Below, in pieces: positions 13,319 through 26,100 of a DNA stretch of 64,000 nt (its first letter is position 1; the number at the start of each line of letters is the position of its first letter). Below the pieces are notes generated by a model. The model ran no database searches. It was not told where the DNA came from and saw only the letters and a program-made list of their open reading frames with translations. The translations under genes were made by a program, and so were the position numbers. The DNA lies in assembly GCA_002269645.1 (NCBI GenBank), contig NIVC01000903.1, forward strand, positions 334,459-398,458, given 5' to 3'. The stretch comes from Macrostomum lignano (lineage: Eukaryota).

Positions 13319-14294
13319 TAGAAATTGCGGCCGGAAAAAGTAGCATATGCACTCGTACCTAATCCCAATCCTAACCTAGTCCCGAATCCTAACCTAATCC
13401 CGAATCCTAACCTAATCCCAAATCCTAACCTAATCCCGAATCCTAACCTAATCCCAAATCCTAACCTAATCCCGAATCCTAACCTAATCCCAAATCCTAA
13501 CCTAATCCCGAATCCTAACCTAATCCCGAATCCTAACCTAATCCCAAATCCTAACCTAATCCCGAATCCTAACCTAATCCCAAATCCTAACTTAATCCCA
13601 AATCCTAACATAATCTCAAATGCTAACCTAATCCTAACCTTAGGTATATACACCTATTGCTGTTCTTTGTCTACGGCCAAAATTGGAGGTCCGTAGCCCT
13701 GCGGTCCAGGCTCGATTCCAAGTGCAAGTGAAGTCCAAGTGATTAGGTTAGAATTTGCGATTAGGCTACGATTTGCGATTAGGTTAGGATTTGGGATTAG
13801 ATGAGGATTTGGGATTAGATGAGGATTTGGGATTAGGTTAGGATTTGGGATTAGATGAGGATTTGGAATTAGGTTAGGATTTGGATTAGATGAGGATTTG
13901 AGATTAGGTTAGGATTTGGGATTAGGTTAGGATTTGGGATTAGATGAGGATTTGGGATTAGGCCAGGATTTGGGATTAGGTTAGGATGTGGGATTAAGTT
14001 AGGATTTAGGACTAGGCCAGGATTTGGGATTAGGTTAGGATGTGGGATTAAGTTAGGATTTAGGACTAGGCCAGGATTTGGGATTAGGTTAGGATGTGGG
14101 ATTAAGTTAGGATTTAGGACTAGGCCAGGATTTGGGATTAGGTTAGGATTTGCGATTAGGTTAGGTTTCGGAATTACATGTAGGCTAGGATTTGGGATTA
14201 ATTTACGTTTAGGGTTTAGGCTTGGGTTGCAGTATCGCAGAACCTGTAACGACTGTTTCTGCTTTTACATGCTTCCGACGCTGCGAAATTTCTA
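13319..14294. mobile_element. Foldback/MITE-like element with inverted telomere-like 18-bp arrays
   Basis: Left array (CCTAACCTAATCCCAAAT)n at 13360-13640; the right array at 13740-14220 is its reverse complement. Ends TAGAAATT...AATTTCTA are imperfect TIRs, with a possible TA TSD. Confidence 0.65.
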
Positions 14295-15139
14295 GCATTC
14301 CAGGTTCCAACACCGACTGCATTAAGCACTGGAGAAAGAAGATCTTCACAGATTCCAGGGCAGCCGCTTCTATAATCAAATCATTTATACGCAATTTCGA
14401 CCGCGACGGATCTTCAGCTTAAAGAGCTGTCCAAACTTTTCTCGAACTTAATCCGTTTCTCTCTCTCTCTCTGTCTCTCGTGATTTCACGGGTCTTCTGC
14501 TAGTAGCAGCACAGCACAGAGGAGTGACGTCACAAACGGGACACACGACCGCTCTAATCCCAGAGGAGTAGGGGGAGGTATGTGGCAAGAGGGGTTGGGC
14601 GATTTATAGGGTAAGAGAGAAGGGCCGCTCGCAAGTGCTCGCTGAGGCGTGCGAGCGGGTTGAATGGCACCTCGGTTGGCTGGTCACTCTCCTCGTGCAG
14701 GACCTGACAGACGTGGACAGAGACACACAACACACCCACACTCAGCAGATCTTGGAGCATTTTTATCTTCAAATTCTTTTCTTCTAAGCCAAAGCAGGCA
14801 GGGCTTGTGCTCCGCTCGGCTGTGCACACCACCAGCTCCCCGGGGGCTGTCTGGGGAGTGGGAAGTCGAGTGCACCACTCGGTCCATCTGTGACCTTTCT
14901 AATATTCTGAATATCGGGTCAGTGAGGCGGAAGGATTTGGGTGCTGGGAGCTGGCAGACAATAGGGAGGGAGGGTGGGTTCGGGCGGTGGCAGCAGGTGC
15001 GATGATTATCTAATATCAGAAACTGTCTCAACCGATATGTTGCGTATGAATAAATATCTGCAGTTAATCTGGGTATGATTGAAGGGGAGGTCAAGGGGGT
15101 CAGCTGCCCCACCCACATGAATCATGCGGGGTCATGTTC

Positions 15140-15408
15140 ACCCTGGCGCAACGCCTTCGGCGACATCGCTGTACACTGACTTTCTCACTCTCTAACTTTC
15201 GTCAAACATGACACAAATGACTGAAATCGACTCAGGAATTGAGAGAGGAAAGGAGAGGTGGCTCTCACCTAGTGAGCTAGAACTCAATAAGCATGTACAC
15301 CTTCTGTGCCCCAGGAGTTGGCCCTCATGGTCCTAAATCGCACTACGGAATCGAACCAGGGACCTTGGCGCGAGAGTCAAACGAGTTCACCGCTGAGCTG
15401 CGTTGCAG
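15140..15408 (-). mobile_element. tRNA-derived SINE-like element (Pol III A/B boxes)
   Basis: Minus strand reads GCAACGCAGCTCAGCGG (A-box-like)...GGTCCCTGGTTCGATTCC (B-box). The body resembles 6245-6365 and ~18235-18260. Confidence 0.6.
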
Positions 15409-17052
15409 CTGGGACTCTACAGGTGGCCACTTCAACTGCTGTCATAAAAATATAAGGCACCCTCTGTTCCGTCTCCTGTGATCCTCATTTTTTGTGGAAT
15501 TATTATCCGCTCCTGTTTTATCCCTTCTTTTCTTTAATCTCCTCTATTTTCCGCTCGGTGGCGGACTTCGGCGGAGCCCCCCGATGCGACGATCCTTTCT
15601 TTCGCTTCTTTGTGTGTGTTTGTATTTTTTGGTATAGGTTTGCTGGAAATCATCTCTTTCGCATTGCGCTGACTGGCTAGAGCTGGGGGGGGGGAGTCTG
15701 CAGGCAGAGCGGCGGCATCCCTCGGTGAGCAGAAACTGGGATTACACGCGCATTATGAGAGCAGTGCCGCGAGAAGCTCGAGGATTTAGACGGGGTGTGC
15801 TCGGGGCCCGAGTCCTCACTCACAGCTCAGCTGAGCGGGGCCTCTCGCATCCCAGGGGAGAAGGACGGAGAAAGGATTATCCTGAGGTTGGGCGGCGGCT
15901 CGCTTGGTCGGGAAATCCCCCGGCGCAGAAGAATCCCAAATCCTCATTCCGACCCTTTGCCCAGAGTCCGGCCAGCTTTTGTCTAGTTTTTGTTTCGGAC
16001 CGGCCTCATTATTTTTCTTCAAGGATTCTGCTGGAAAAATTCTGTATTTTTCCCCAGCCCTGATTTACCTCCTCAGCTCTAAGTGTGGGGAGTCAATCAG
16101 CGCGTAAAGCAGAAAAATCCGATGGCGCTGACGCGTTGGTTTTGCTTTTTTTCTTCTTTTAACTCCCCCAGCAAGCGATTATGAATTCAGAGAAGTTTTC
16201 CTGTAATTTTGGCGCAGTTTTCAACCAACTATAAGCGTCTTCACCTGGCGGACCCACTCGACTGCATCCTCTTCAAATCTGGAGAAGATTCTATGAAACT
16301 TTCATAAACAGCCGGCAGCCTCCTGAATAATAGGAGCTGAGCTTACAGGTGCAGGCGGGCACACTGATTTCAGCCCAGCAGCTAAGAAATCCCCGAGAGC
16401 TGAAGAAGCTTGGGAGCGGCGGCTTGTTGAGGCCAACTGCTGCTCCCAAAGAAGCAACTGCTTGCTTTTTTCTCTATAAGGTGCGACTGCATTATTTTTG
16501 TTTCAAAGCTTGGCCTCTCTGTTCCGCTGCCGCGCTCTTCTTTCATTCTCTAGGGTTGGCCTCTTCAAAAATGGGGAATTAATTGAGAAATAGCCTAAGC
16601 GAGAAAAGTTTGTACACGCGGCTCTGGCACTGGCGACAGATCTGCATGGCTTCGGATTTCACTGCAGCTCTATGGGGACTGTGCCGCGGGAATCCAGCCT
16701 CGCTTTCGTCACGAATAGCCCCCCCCCCCCTGTGTTTGCCCAGAGCGAGCTGAGAAGATCTCAGTGTGGGATTTGTCTTGCTTCTTATAGCTCTGGAGAG
16801 AGAGAGAGAGAGAACCAGAACAGGATGGAGCCGAAACCACCAAGAGAACAGCAGCTCAGCTCCGCTCGGCTCAAAACTCTCGAGATCCTATCGGCCAGAG
16901 TTGAGCGTCGGAATCTCCTTCGAGCTACAAACAGACTCAAATTCCCCCCTCCCTCTCTCACTATTCCTTATCACTTTTGCTGCTTCTGCTGCCGCTGCCA
17001 GCTTTCCCTTGGCTCTCATTGCTTTGAGCCACCAGACCGATGGCCGGGACAG

Positions 17053-17131
<79 letters not shown>

Positions 17132-18294
17132 ATCGAGCTGTCGGCACGCAAGATTCATTCATTCACCTCTTCTATACTTCCTTAGCAGCTGCAACGGTGC
17201 CAGACTGTGAGAAGGCGCCCAGCTGCCGATGAAGCATGCAGGGCAGGGGGGCTGGTAGGGAATGGGGGATGGCTCACTCTGGGATGAAGAGATGAGAGCG
17301 AGGAAAGGTGGGGAACAGAGTCTGCAGCAGCTGCAGTTGCCAGCCCAAACAGAAGCCACTGTCTTTAAACGCACTGCGCTGCGCCCGGTTATATAAAAAT
17401 GTGAACGAAGCTTTTGCCTGGGAAAGTTTTTCTCCTGGCTCTGGTTTTTTTCTCGGAATTTAATCCGACCCCAGCTCAGGTGAGTAGCGAGCGCAGCGGG
17501 CGGTCTCAATAATTCAAAGCGTCAACACTGAGCAGTCGGGACCCAGGGCATGCAGAGTTTGGGAGACTCCTTGACCAAGGAGTTTGAGTGCAGAGTTCTA
17601 TCCCTGGTTTCTGTCTGCCTCGGGCGCACCTGACGGGGATTGCATCCAATTTTCCTCACCTTCTTTACCTTTAAGTTTGGGGGGGGGGTTTAGAAGAGTC
17701 GCTGCCATGCGAAAATGCTAAAACTGAAACCGGGCTGACCCATTGCGCATTCTGCTAGAGTTTGTTCTCTCCTCAATACTCCATGCTAAACTGCCAGCCA
17801 AGAACAGCTGAAGAAGTCAGACTTTCGCTTCGAAGCCAAGCTCAAACATCCTGCTGCTCGCCGGTGATGGAGGGAGGCGGCCGCCAAACTCTTAGAGTTT
17901 GCAAACAATTGAGGGGTCGGTCGGTCGGCTGGGACGCGCGACGGGCGCCAGATTTTAGGGCTGGGGATGGGGGGGGTGGCGTTTGCATTCTGCCTGGTCT
18001 TCTAGGAGAGTCTGGAGTTCCGATATGGCCTCAGCTTCCTGCTTGCCTCATCTGCCTGGCACTTCTCCCTTCCTCTTTTGCCCTCTTCCTGCTGGAGAGG
18101 TCGCCTTGAGCTTACACTTTGCGCGCGGTAAACAGAGGGACTGAGCGTGGAGCAGCATTTGAGCGTCTTTGTTTATTTAGCGGTAACTTTTTTAAAAAGC
18201 AAGCAGCCAATCTGTCAGCTGAATTTGGAATTTCTTTGGACCATGAGGCTCGACACCTGGTGTAGTCAGCCGTAATTTCTCAAACTTTGTGCTC

Positions 18295-18590
18295 GGTGTT
18301 CTCACTGAGACATCAGAGAGCCTCAGTGTTCTCACTGAGACATCAGAGAGCCTCAGTGTTCTCACTGAGACATCAGAGAGCCTCAGTGTTCTCACTGAGA
18401 CATCAGAGAGCCTCGGTGTTCTCACTGAGACATCAGAGAGCCTCGGTGTTCTCACTGAGACATCAGAGAGCCTCGGTGTTCTCACTGAGACATCAGAGAC
18501 CCTCAGTGTTCTCACTGAGACATCAGAGAGCCTCAGTGTTCTCACTGAGACATCAGAGAGCCTCGGTGTTCTCACTGAGACATCAGAGAG
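18295..18590. repeat. 30-bp minisatellite, ~10 copies
   Basis: Unit GTGTTCTCACTGAGACATCAGAGAGCCTC(A/G). Confidence 0.97.
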
Positions 18591-19159
18591 CGTCGCTAGT
18601 CCTAAAGCCCCTGAACTCTTCCACAAAATTCACGCATTCCAGCGGTTATTTAGCCAAATCAATTGAGCCAACTTCCATGACAAATGCAAAGAAATTTGTG
18701 TCACATGAATGTGTCTGTGTTTGCAGTGCACGATTGAAGAGCTCACAAATTAAAAGTTCGGTTTTGTATTTGTATATTTTTATATTTATAGCAAGCGCGC
18801 TAGCGGCGCAACGTAGTGATTGAAACTATGTTATTGAATATATATGTAACTATTTGGATAGGCATATATGCTTCAAATGTGTGACAACTTTGAACAGGAG
18901 GACAAACCAACAAACAAGCCGAAGGGACTGAAATTTAAGAGAACAACAAAACTTTCCTAATAAAGAGTTTTTGCAATTGCAGTTAAGTGTAATTTGACAT
19001 CATTTTTTCATAGAAAAGAGAGAAAAAACATGATGAGATTGCGCTGGGGTGTGGGAGGGTGCTCAAACACAAGCTGTTGTGCAACAATCATTTAGCGATA
19101 AGGATCAAAGAACTCGCGCAGACTGAGGTAGTATGTAACCGCTGACCCCGCCAGGTCGT

Positions 19160-19616
19160 GCTGATTGGTCAGTGCTACCCCTGCACCAATGCGTCTCTAG
19201 GCCTGTGATTGGTCAGTGCTACCCCTGCACCAATGTGTCTCTAGGCCTGTGATTGGTCAGTGCTACCACTGCACCAATGTGTCTCTAGGCCAGTGACTGG
19301 TCAGTGCTACCCTTGCTCCAGTGTGTCTCTAGGCCAGTGACTGGTCAGTGCTACCCTTGCACCAATGTGTCTCTAGGCCAGTGATTGGTCAGTGCTACCC
19401 CTGCACCAGTGTGTCTCTAGGCCAGTGACTGGTCAGTGCTACCCCTGCACCAGTGTGTCTCTAGGCCAGTGACTGGTCAGTGCTACCCTTGCACCAATGT
19501 GTCTCTAGGCCTGTGATTGGTCAGTGCTACCCCTGCACCAATGTGTCTCTAGGCCTGTGATTGGTCAGTGCTACCCCTGCACCAATGTGTCTCTAGGCCT
19601 GTGATTGGTCAGTGCC
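19160..19616. repeat. 44-bp minisatellite, ~10 copies, downstream of Lhx1/5
   Basis: GATTGGTCAG recurs at 19163 and 19207. Confidence 0.95.
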
Positions 19617-20134
19617 CAGATATCATGAGTTAGTGTTTTTTTTTCAAACTAATCTTCAAGCCAATTACCAGTAAATGTGGCGACAAAATAATGACTCATT
19701 GACAGGAGAAAAAGCCAATCTCATCAAGCAGACTGGAAAATTCTGGGAAAGGTCAACTCAGGTCCAACCAGACAGCAACAGTTCCAGCCATGTCGAGATT
19801 TGCACAGTGCCAAAGACGAAGCGTACAAATAAATCCAATGCTACTACTAAGTTTAAGTAGAAATTAGCGGATTTACTAATTCAATTCCCGATTGCCGCAA
19901 GCCCGCAGAGCAATGAAGATGTCAAACAGATGAATATTGCGTGGCAGGTGCTGTCTATAGGAGTTGGGAGGGACAGCATGCTCCGGTGCTTCTGCACTGC
20001 GAGTCTGCTAAATAGAATATCACGACAGTTCAGTAACAATCTAGGCAAAATTTTCCAAAGGATTCGCTCGGCAGCAAAGGCGGTGGTCCTGTCCGCAGAG
20101 GGCCTGTCTGTGAGAGGGTGCAGGGGGCCCCGGA

Positions 20135-23100
20135 TCACCAGGACTCGGACGCAGCCGCCGATGATGTCGCCGCAACTGTCGCGACTGACGATGGCGGTGG
20201 CGGCGGCGGCGGCGGTGGCGGCGGCGGTGGTGGAGGCGCCGCGGGAGGCAGTCCGGAGCTGGGGCCAGCGCCCGAGGCCGGGTGGTCCATCGAAGGCGGC
20301 GGAGGCGGCGGCAGAGGCTGCAGATACGAATGCGGCGGCGGCGGCGGCGGCGGCAGGCCCGGCGGAAAGTCGGGATGGCCAAAGAACTGCGGCCCGTCTG
20401 CGTGGGCGGAGTGTTGGCGGTTTTGTGCGTCAAAAAAAAGATGAAGAGGAGCCGCTCTAAGACAAAACTGCGGGCCCCTGGTACATGCGCTTCTTCATCC
20501 AGTCTGATGTTTTCTTTTAAAAGTGAGAAACAGCGCAAGCAGCAGGCGGCATTGGGCGGCCGTTTTGGCACCCCGGGTGTGGTGAGTTTGCATTCTAGAG
20601 CGCCGGAAACACTTCATACAGTATAGAGATCGCTTCTGGGAATCACTTCCCCATCTTAGCGGGGCGTCCAGGCTGGCGGAATTAGGATCTGGGAGATTCC
20701 TTTTGGCGCGGACTGTCTCCGAGGGGGGAGGGGAATGGGCGATAAGCATCTGCCTACCTACCCAGGAATTGACAGGACGGGGGGGGCTCGAGGCAAAGAA
20801 AAGGTTCGAAATCTCGTGCCCCAAAGTGTGGCCAAGGCGCTTCCCCTTTCGCCCGCTCCCCCCACCCCCTGTTGCGCGCGTGTTGCAACAACACAGAGAG
20901 GTGTCTGCTAGAGGGAGGCGGATTGCGGGCGTCGCAGAGAGCGCAGGTGACAGCGATTTGTCACCTCGGCCAGGCGGCCGGACAACTAATATTTGTCCTG
21001 CGCTGACACGGAAAGCAAAGGGAACAGATTGTCCGGCGGGTGAGGGAGGGAGCTATAGCTTTGACAATGGTGAGACAGAAGATATATTGAGAGAGGGGGG
21101 GGGCAGCGAGAGGCTGAGAAATTGTCGCCAACTGTCGCGGTTCGCTTGTCTCTCCTGGGGGGGGGGGAGTTCCTTAAGAAGCCCACTGTTGCAAAGTCTC
21201 TGTGGCGCGCGGTTTAGCCTCGACTGTAGTTCAGTTTTTCAGCTTCTAATCTCCTCCCATCATCAACTGTTGCTACGGACTCCGTTGGGCAGGGGTGGGG
21301 GGGGAATTTCAGCTAGCGCGGACGAACCTGCGGCACGCGTCACCTCCTTCTCAGCAGGGGGAGGCCGTCAGCCCGCTGCTGACAAAGTTGCATCCCAAAG
21401 TAGAGAGACAGCCAACTAAATCCCCCCCAGAAAACCGAAGGGCGTGTTGTATAGGGACACACGCGCTCGCTGCCGCCACTTGCCCATGGAAGCGGCCAAG
21501 CAGAAGGACTCCGATCTGGAGGGGTCGAGGCGATCGCCTCAAGCTCCTCTCGTCTGTCCCAGCCTCCCCCCTCCCACCCGGACTTGGGACGAGCTTCTTT
21601 TCAAGTGAGAAAGACCGGCACCCCCGCCCGGCCAGCCAGCCAGCCATCGAATTGCCCAGGCAAGTTGCAGGCAGAGTCGGACAACTCTGTATGTGTGTGT
21701 TGTGTCTGTGTCTGGGCGAGTCTGTGTGTGTGCACCCAGGCTCCCGTCCCCCGAGACGGACTCCATCATCTGATGTAATCAAGCGGAAGGCCGACTGCCC
21801 CAGCACCGCCGCGCTCTCTCACACACACACGCACACACACACAGCTCCATCGTGTCGCATACATAGATGGAGCATTGTGTACAATCGAATTCCGCTTCGA
21901 ATCCCTTATTATTCGAGTAGTCCTTGGCCACCCCCCTCCTTACTTCTTATCGTGGTTGCTGCCGCAGGCTGAAATCCCGAACGGAGCTATTGACACTGCC
22001 CGGCATTATACTTTCTCCGTGCCCTCTCCTCCCCCTTGGGGTCAGGTCTACGCGAGAACTGGGCAAAGCAGCTTTGCAGTGCGATAGACAATAGCAACAG
22101 AATATTTCTAGAATAAAAGAAAGAATCAAGACCTCCTCCAAGGCAAATCTTTTAGCTTTATACACTTGTAGATAGGGCTTGACTCGACAGCCAGTCAGTC
22201 AGAGAGCAGGCAAGCTGCTGTTGGGGGGTGGAGTCGGGTAGACAAACCCTGAGCTAAAGCCAGGTGCCACTGACTATCTATAGGTCCCCGAGCTCCTGTC
22301 CCTCCTCCTCGATTGCGCCTATTCAAAGCCCACTTATGAGCTTTGCCGCTAAACCCTCACCACCCCACCCCAATAGTGATTGATTAGCAGTGTGTGGGCC
22401 AACACCTTGGCCGGGAGCAGTGGGATTGGCAAAAAATTTTAGGGAAATATGGGATTTAATTGCTTTGATAGAAATATAAATCACTAATAAAGTACAGATT
22501 AGAGCATCCAGAATATGCGTAGGTACTCACCGCCGTGCATGCCGGGCTCCATTGGGGTCCTTGAACGCCTGGCGGCAACGGAAAATGCGGTTGAGCACCC
22601 GGATGGAAAAAGTGTTCGCCAGGGTGATAAACCGGCGAGTAGCCGTTGTAGAATTCAGCATTTTCTGCAAGGTTGCGTAGGCGATTATGTCTGTGGTAGC
22701 TATTGCCATGCTGTCTATGGTAGCTATTCCCATTCTGTCTATGGTAATTCCCATTCTGTCTATGGTAGCTATTCCCATACTGTCTATGGTAATTCCCATT
22801 CTGTCTATGGTAGCTATTCCCATTCTGTCTATGGTAGCTATTCTCATTCTGTCTATGGTAGCTATTACCATGCTGTCTATGGTAGCGATTCCCATGCTGT
22901 CTATGGTAGCTATTCCCATGCTCTCTATGGTAGCTATTCTCATTCTGTCTATGGTAGCTATTACCATGCTGTCTATGGTAGCTATTACCATGCTGTCTAT
23001 GGTAGCGATTCCCACGCTGTCTATGGTAGCTATTCCCATGCTGTCTATGGTAGCTATTCCCATCATATCTATGGTAGCTATTCCCACCATGTCTATGGTA

Positions 23101-26100
23101 GCTATTCCCACCATGTCTTTGGTAGCTATTCCCATCATGTCTATGGTAGCTATTCCCATCATGTCTATGGTAGCTTTTCCCATCATGTCTATGGTAGCTA
23201 TTTCCATCATGTCTATGGTAGCTATTCCCACCATGTCTATGGTAGCTATTCCCATCATGTCTATGGTAGCTATTCCCATCATGTCTATGGTAGCTATTCC
23301 CATCATGTCTATGGTAGCTATTCCCACCATGTCTATGGTAGCTATTCCCACCATGTCTATGGTAGCTGTTCCCATCATGTCTATCGTAGCTATTCCCACC
23401 ATGTCTATGGTAGCTATTCCCATGCTGTCTATGGTAGCGATTCCCAAGCTGTCTATGGTAGCTATTCCCATGCTGTCTATTGTAGCTATTCTCATTCTGT
23501 CTATGGTAGCTATTCCCATGCTGTCTATGGTAGCTATTCCCATGCTGTCTATGGTAGCTATTCCCATGCTGTCTATGGTAGCTATTCCCATGCTGTCTAT
23601 GGTAGCTATTTCCATGCTGTCTATGGTAGCTATTCCCATCATGTCTATGGTAGCTATTCCCATGCTGTCTATGGTAGCGATTCCCAAGCTGTCTATGGTA
23701 GCTATTCCCATCATGTCTATGGTAGCTATTCCCATACTATCTAAGGTAGCTATTCTCACCCTATCCGACACTATTCCCGAACTAGCTCGAGCTCTTACCG
23801 AAGTAGCTGAAAGCCAGCAGTTCGCCGCTGTCGCCCATATCGTCAGGGCCCATGCCGGCTCGCAGCGCTCGCATTCGTCGGGGATTGCGAAAGAATCCGC
23901 GCCTGGCGCCCATGGCGCTTAACTGTTTCATGCGGCGCTCTTTGCTGCGCCGGTTTTGAAACCAAACCTGTGGCGAAAATACATGTAATAAAGTACAAAA
24001 CTCAGTTGCGAATGTATAGAGCTATCACCCATACTAAATGGAGTGTGTGTGTGTGCGTGTGTGTGTTGGTGTGTGTGGTACAACACACACACTGGGAGAG
24101 GTCACCAGCCCGTGTCAGATTTCGGAGCCCTCAAGTGGACCCTCCTCAACCATACTTAAGCGCGACTCGCCTAGATGGTAGCGGGTATTGGTCTCAGACC
24201 CTGCATGAGGACCCCCAAGGATTTAGGGAAGAGAGGAAGAGATAGGAAGAGAGTGAAAGCAGTCTTGAGCAGCTGGACTGGACAGGCGCTGTCGTCGGCA
24301 CTCCCGTGTGACAGGCTGGGGGGGGGGTGCTGTTTGTCGAGGACTTGGCACACTCACCGCGGGAAGGCAGGACAAGACAACGCGGATAGAGCGAGAGAGG
24401 AGAGGTGGAGAATAAATCTGACATCCTGCAGCCTCTCTCATCTCCATCTTGCAGGGCTCAGCGTCCCTAGGAATTCCGGGGTAATTTCCGAGCTAAACGC
24501 TGCTGCCAGTCCCCCCCCGTTTTTTCTTTGTTAAATTTAACCGGAACAAATTTTTTGAATGGAAAAGGAAATGGAAAATTTGGAATAATAATAGTCGAAT
24601 TGAAGGAAACCGCTCTTGACCCCCTGGACTTAGAAATTTCCCCTATAGTCCCGTTCCTGTGCAGCTTCCAGCGTTGAAAAACCTGCAGTGGGGAGACTTT
24701 CCCCCCGGTTCCTTCCGCTCTTCTCTCTCTCTCTCTCTCTGCTCAGCGGGACCGCCTCTCGAGGCTGCCCGAGTTCAGCCCGAGGGGAGGTGCCGCATCA
24801 GCGACTCATCTATAAGCTCCTGCCGCTGTCGGTGGCTCCCACACCTCTGGCCGGCTTCTCAACCTCGCGACTCCCCTGGGAATCCCCTGGGAGACGAGAG
24901 AGAGCGGGGGGAGAACTACAGTTAGAGCCTTGATATCTTCGGCAAGACTTGAGATGAGAGCGCTGCTACTTCCTCGCCAGGCCTGTCTGAAGGTTCGTCA
25001 CCTCCCGCCTCAGCAGATGCAAGCTCGTATACAATATAGATATTTGAGCACGCAGCTGGCTAGACTCATTCCCTACCTGGATGACGCGCATGTTCAGCCC
25101 GGTCTCCTGGGCGAGCTGCTCCCGGATGTGTCGCGTCGGCTTTGGCGTAGCCGCGAAGGCCGCTTTGAGCGTCTCCAGCTGCTTGGCTTTGATGGTCGTG
25201 CGCGGCCCGCGCCGTTTGCTGCCAGCCGCCTGCGGGCCGCCGCCTCCGCCGCCGCTGCCGCCGCCGCCACCGCCAGCGCCGCCGTTGCAGCTGCCGCTGC
25301 CGAGTTTTCCATCGCCGATGCCGTCGCCGGCGGAGCCCTGCGTGGATTCGTCGCCGGAGGCTGCCTCATCGTCGTCGCCAACGTCGTCGTCGTCCTCGCC
25401 GGACGCCTTCGGATCTACGAGATCGTCGAGGTTCAGGTCCAGCTCGCTCTCCTTGCTGCCGTAGTTGCCACCGAGGCCGCCGCCGCAGCCACCAGCGCCG
25501 CCGCCGCCGCCGCCGCCGCTGCCACCGACTCCGCTCATGCCGACGAGGCCGAAGCCGCTGTTGGCTCCAGCGACTGCCGCGGCTGCGGAAGCGGCGGCGG
25601 CAGCTGCGGCGGCAGCGGCAGACGAGGAGGCCACCGCGCAGCCGTCCAGTCCATCGCAAGGCTCCGAGGAGTTGGGCGACGGCACGCCGACCGAGCTGGC
25701 CGAGTTATTGTTGTTGCTAAGCAGCTCCTCCTTCGGGCTGGTGGAGGCGGCGGCGGCGGCAGCTGCCATTGAGGACAGTGCGGGAGAGCCGCCGACCACA
25801 GCGGGCAGACAGGCGGGATCAAATGCCGCCTCATCGGAGTCTGGCAGCGGAAGGAAATTGGGATTGAAGCTTGCAAAAATGAACGGGATTGTTTCAGTGC
25901 TGCTTGTTGCATTTCCTGCACCTTCGGAAAGAAAATCAGAGCAGCAATCTGGCTACAGGAAGAAGCCGCTTGCTCGGCCCGATTAGCTCATTAGCATATT
26001 CATGAGAGAGATTTAACGGCTCCTGCCTTTTGCCGATACAGTTCGCCTTCTCTCTCCTCCCCCCCCCCCCTGTTTTAAGGTCGATTTTTTGCTGTCACCG

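Noticed and set aside
13360-14220. Telomere-telomere fusion site
   Set aside because: The orientation is C-rich then G-rich (a fusion would be G-rich then C-rich), and the units are 18-bp variants, not (TTAGGG)n.
15345-15408. Possible genuine tRNA gene
   Set aside because: A and B boxes are present, but I could not form a convincing acceptor stem, and related flanking body sequence occurs elsewhere; SINE-like.
9700-18200. Many 60-190-aa ORFs in CpG-rich sequence with (GA)n/(GT)n runs
   Set aside because: No domain signatures or consistent splice structure; more likely non-coding regulatory DNA 3' of Lhx1/5.
19930-20626. Several Ala-, Gly- or Arg-rich ORFs
   Set aside because: Alternative frames or antisense of the poly-Pro last exon of Lhx1/5.
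24930-25986. Plus-strand 280-aa and 173-aa ORFs
   Set aside because: Antisense shadows of the GC-rich Lhx1/5 homeobox exon.
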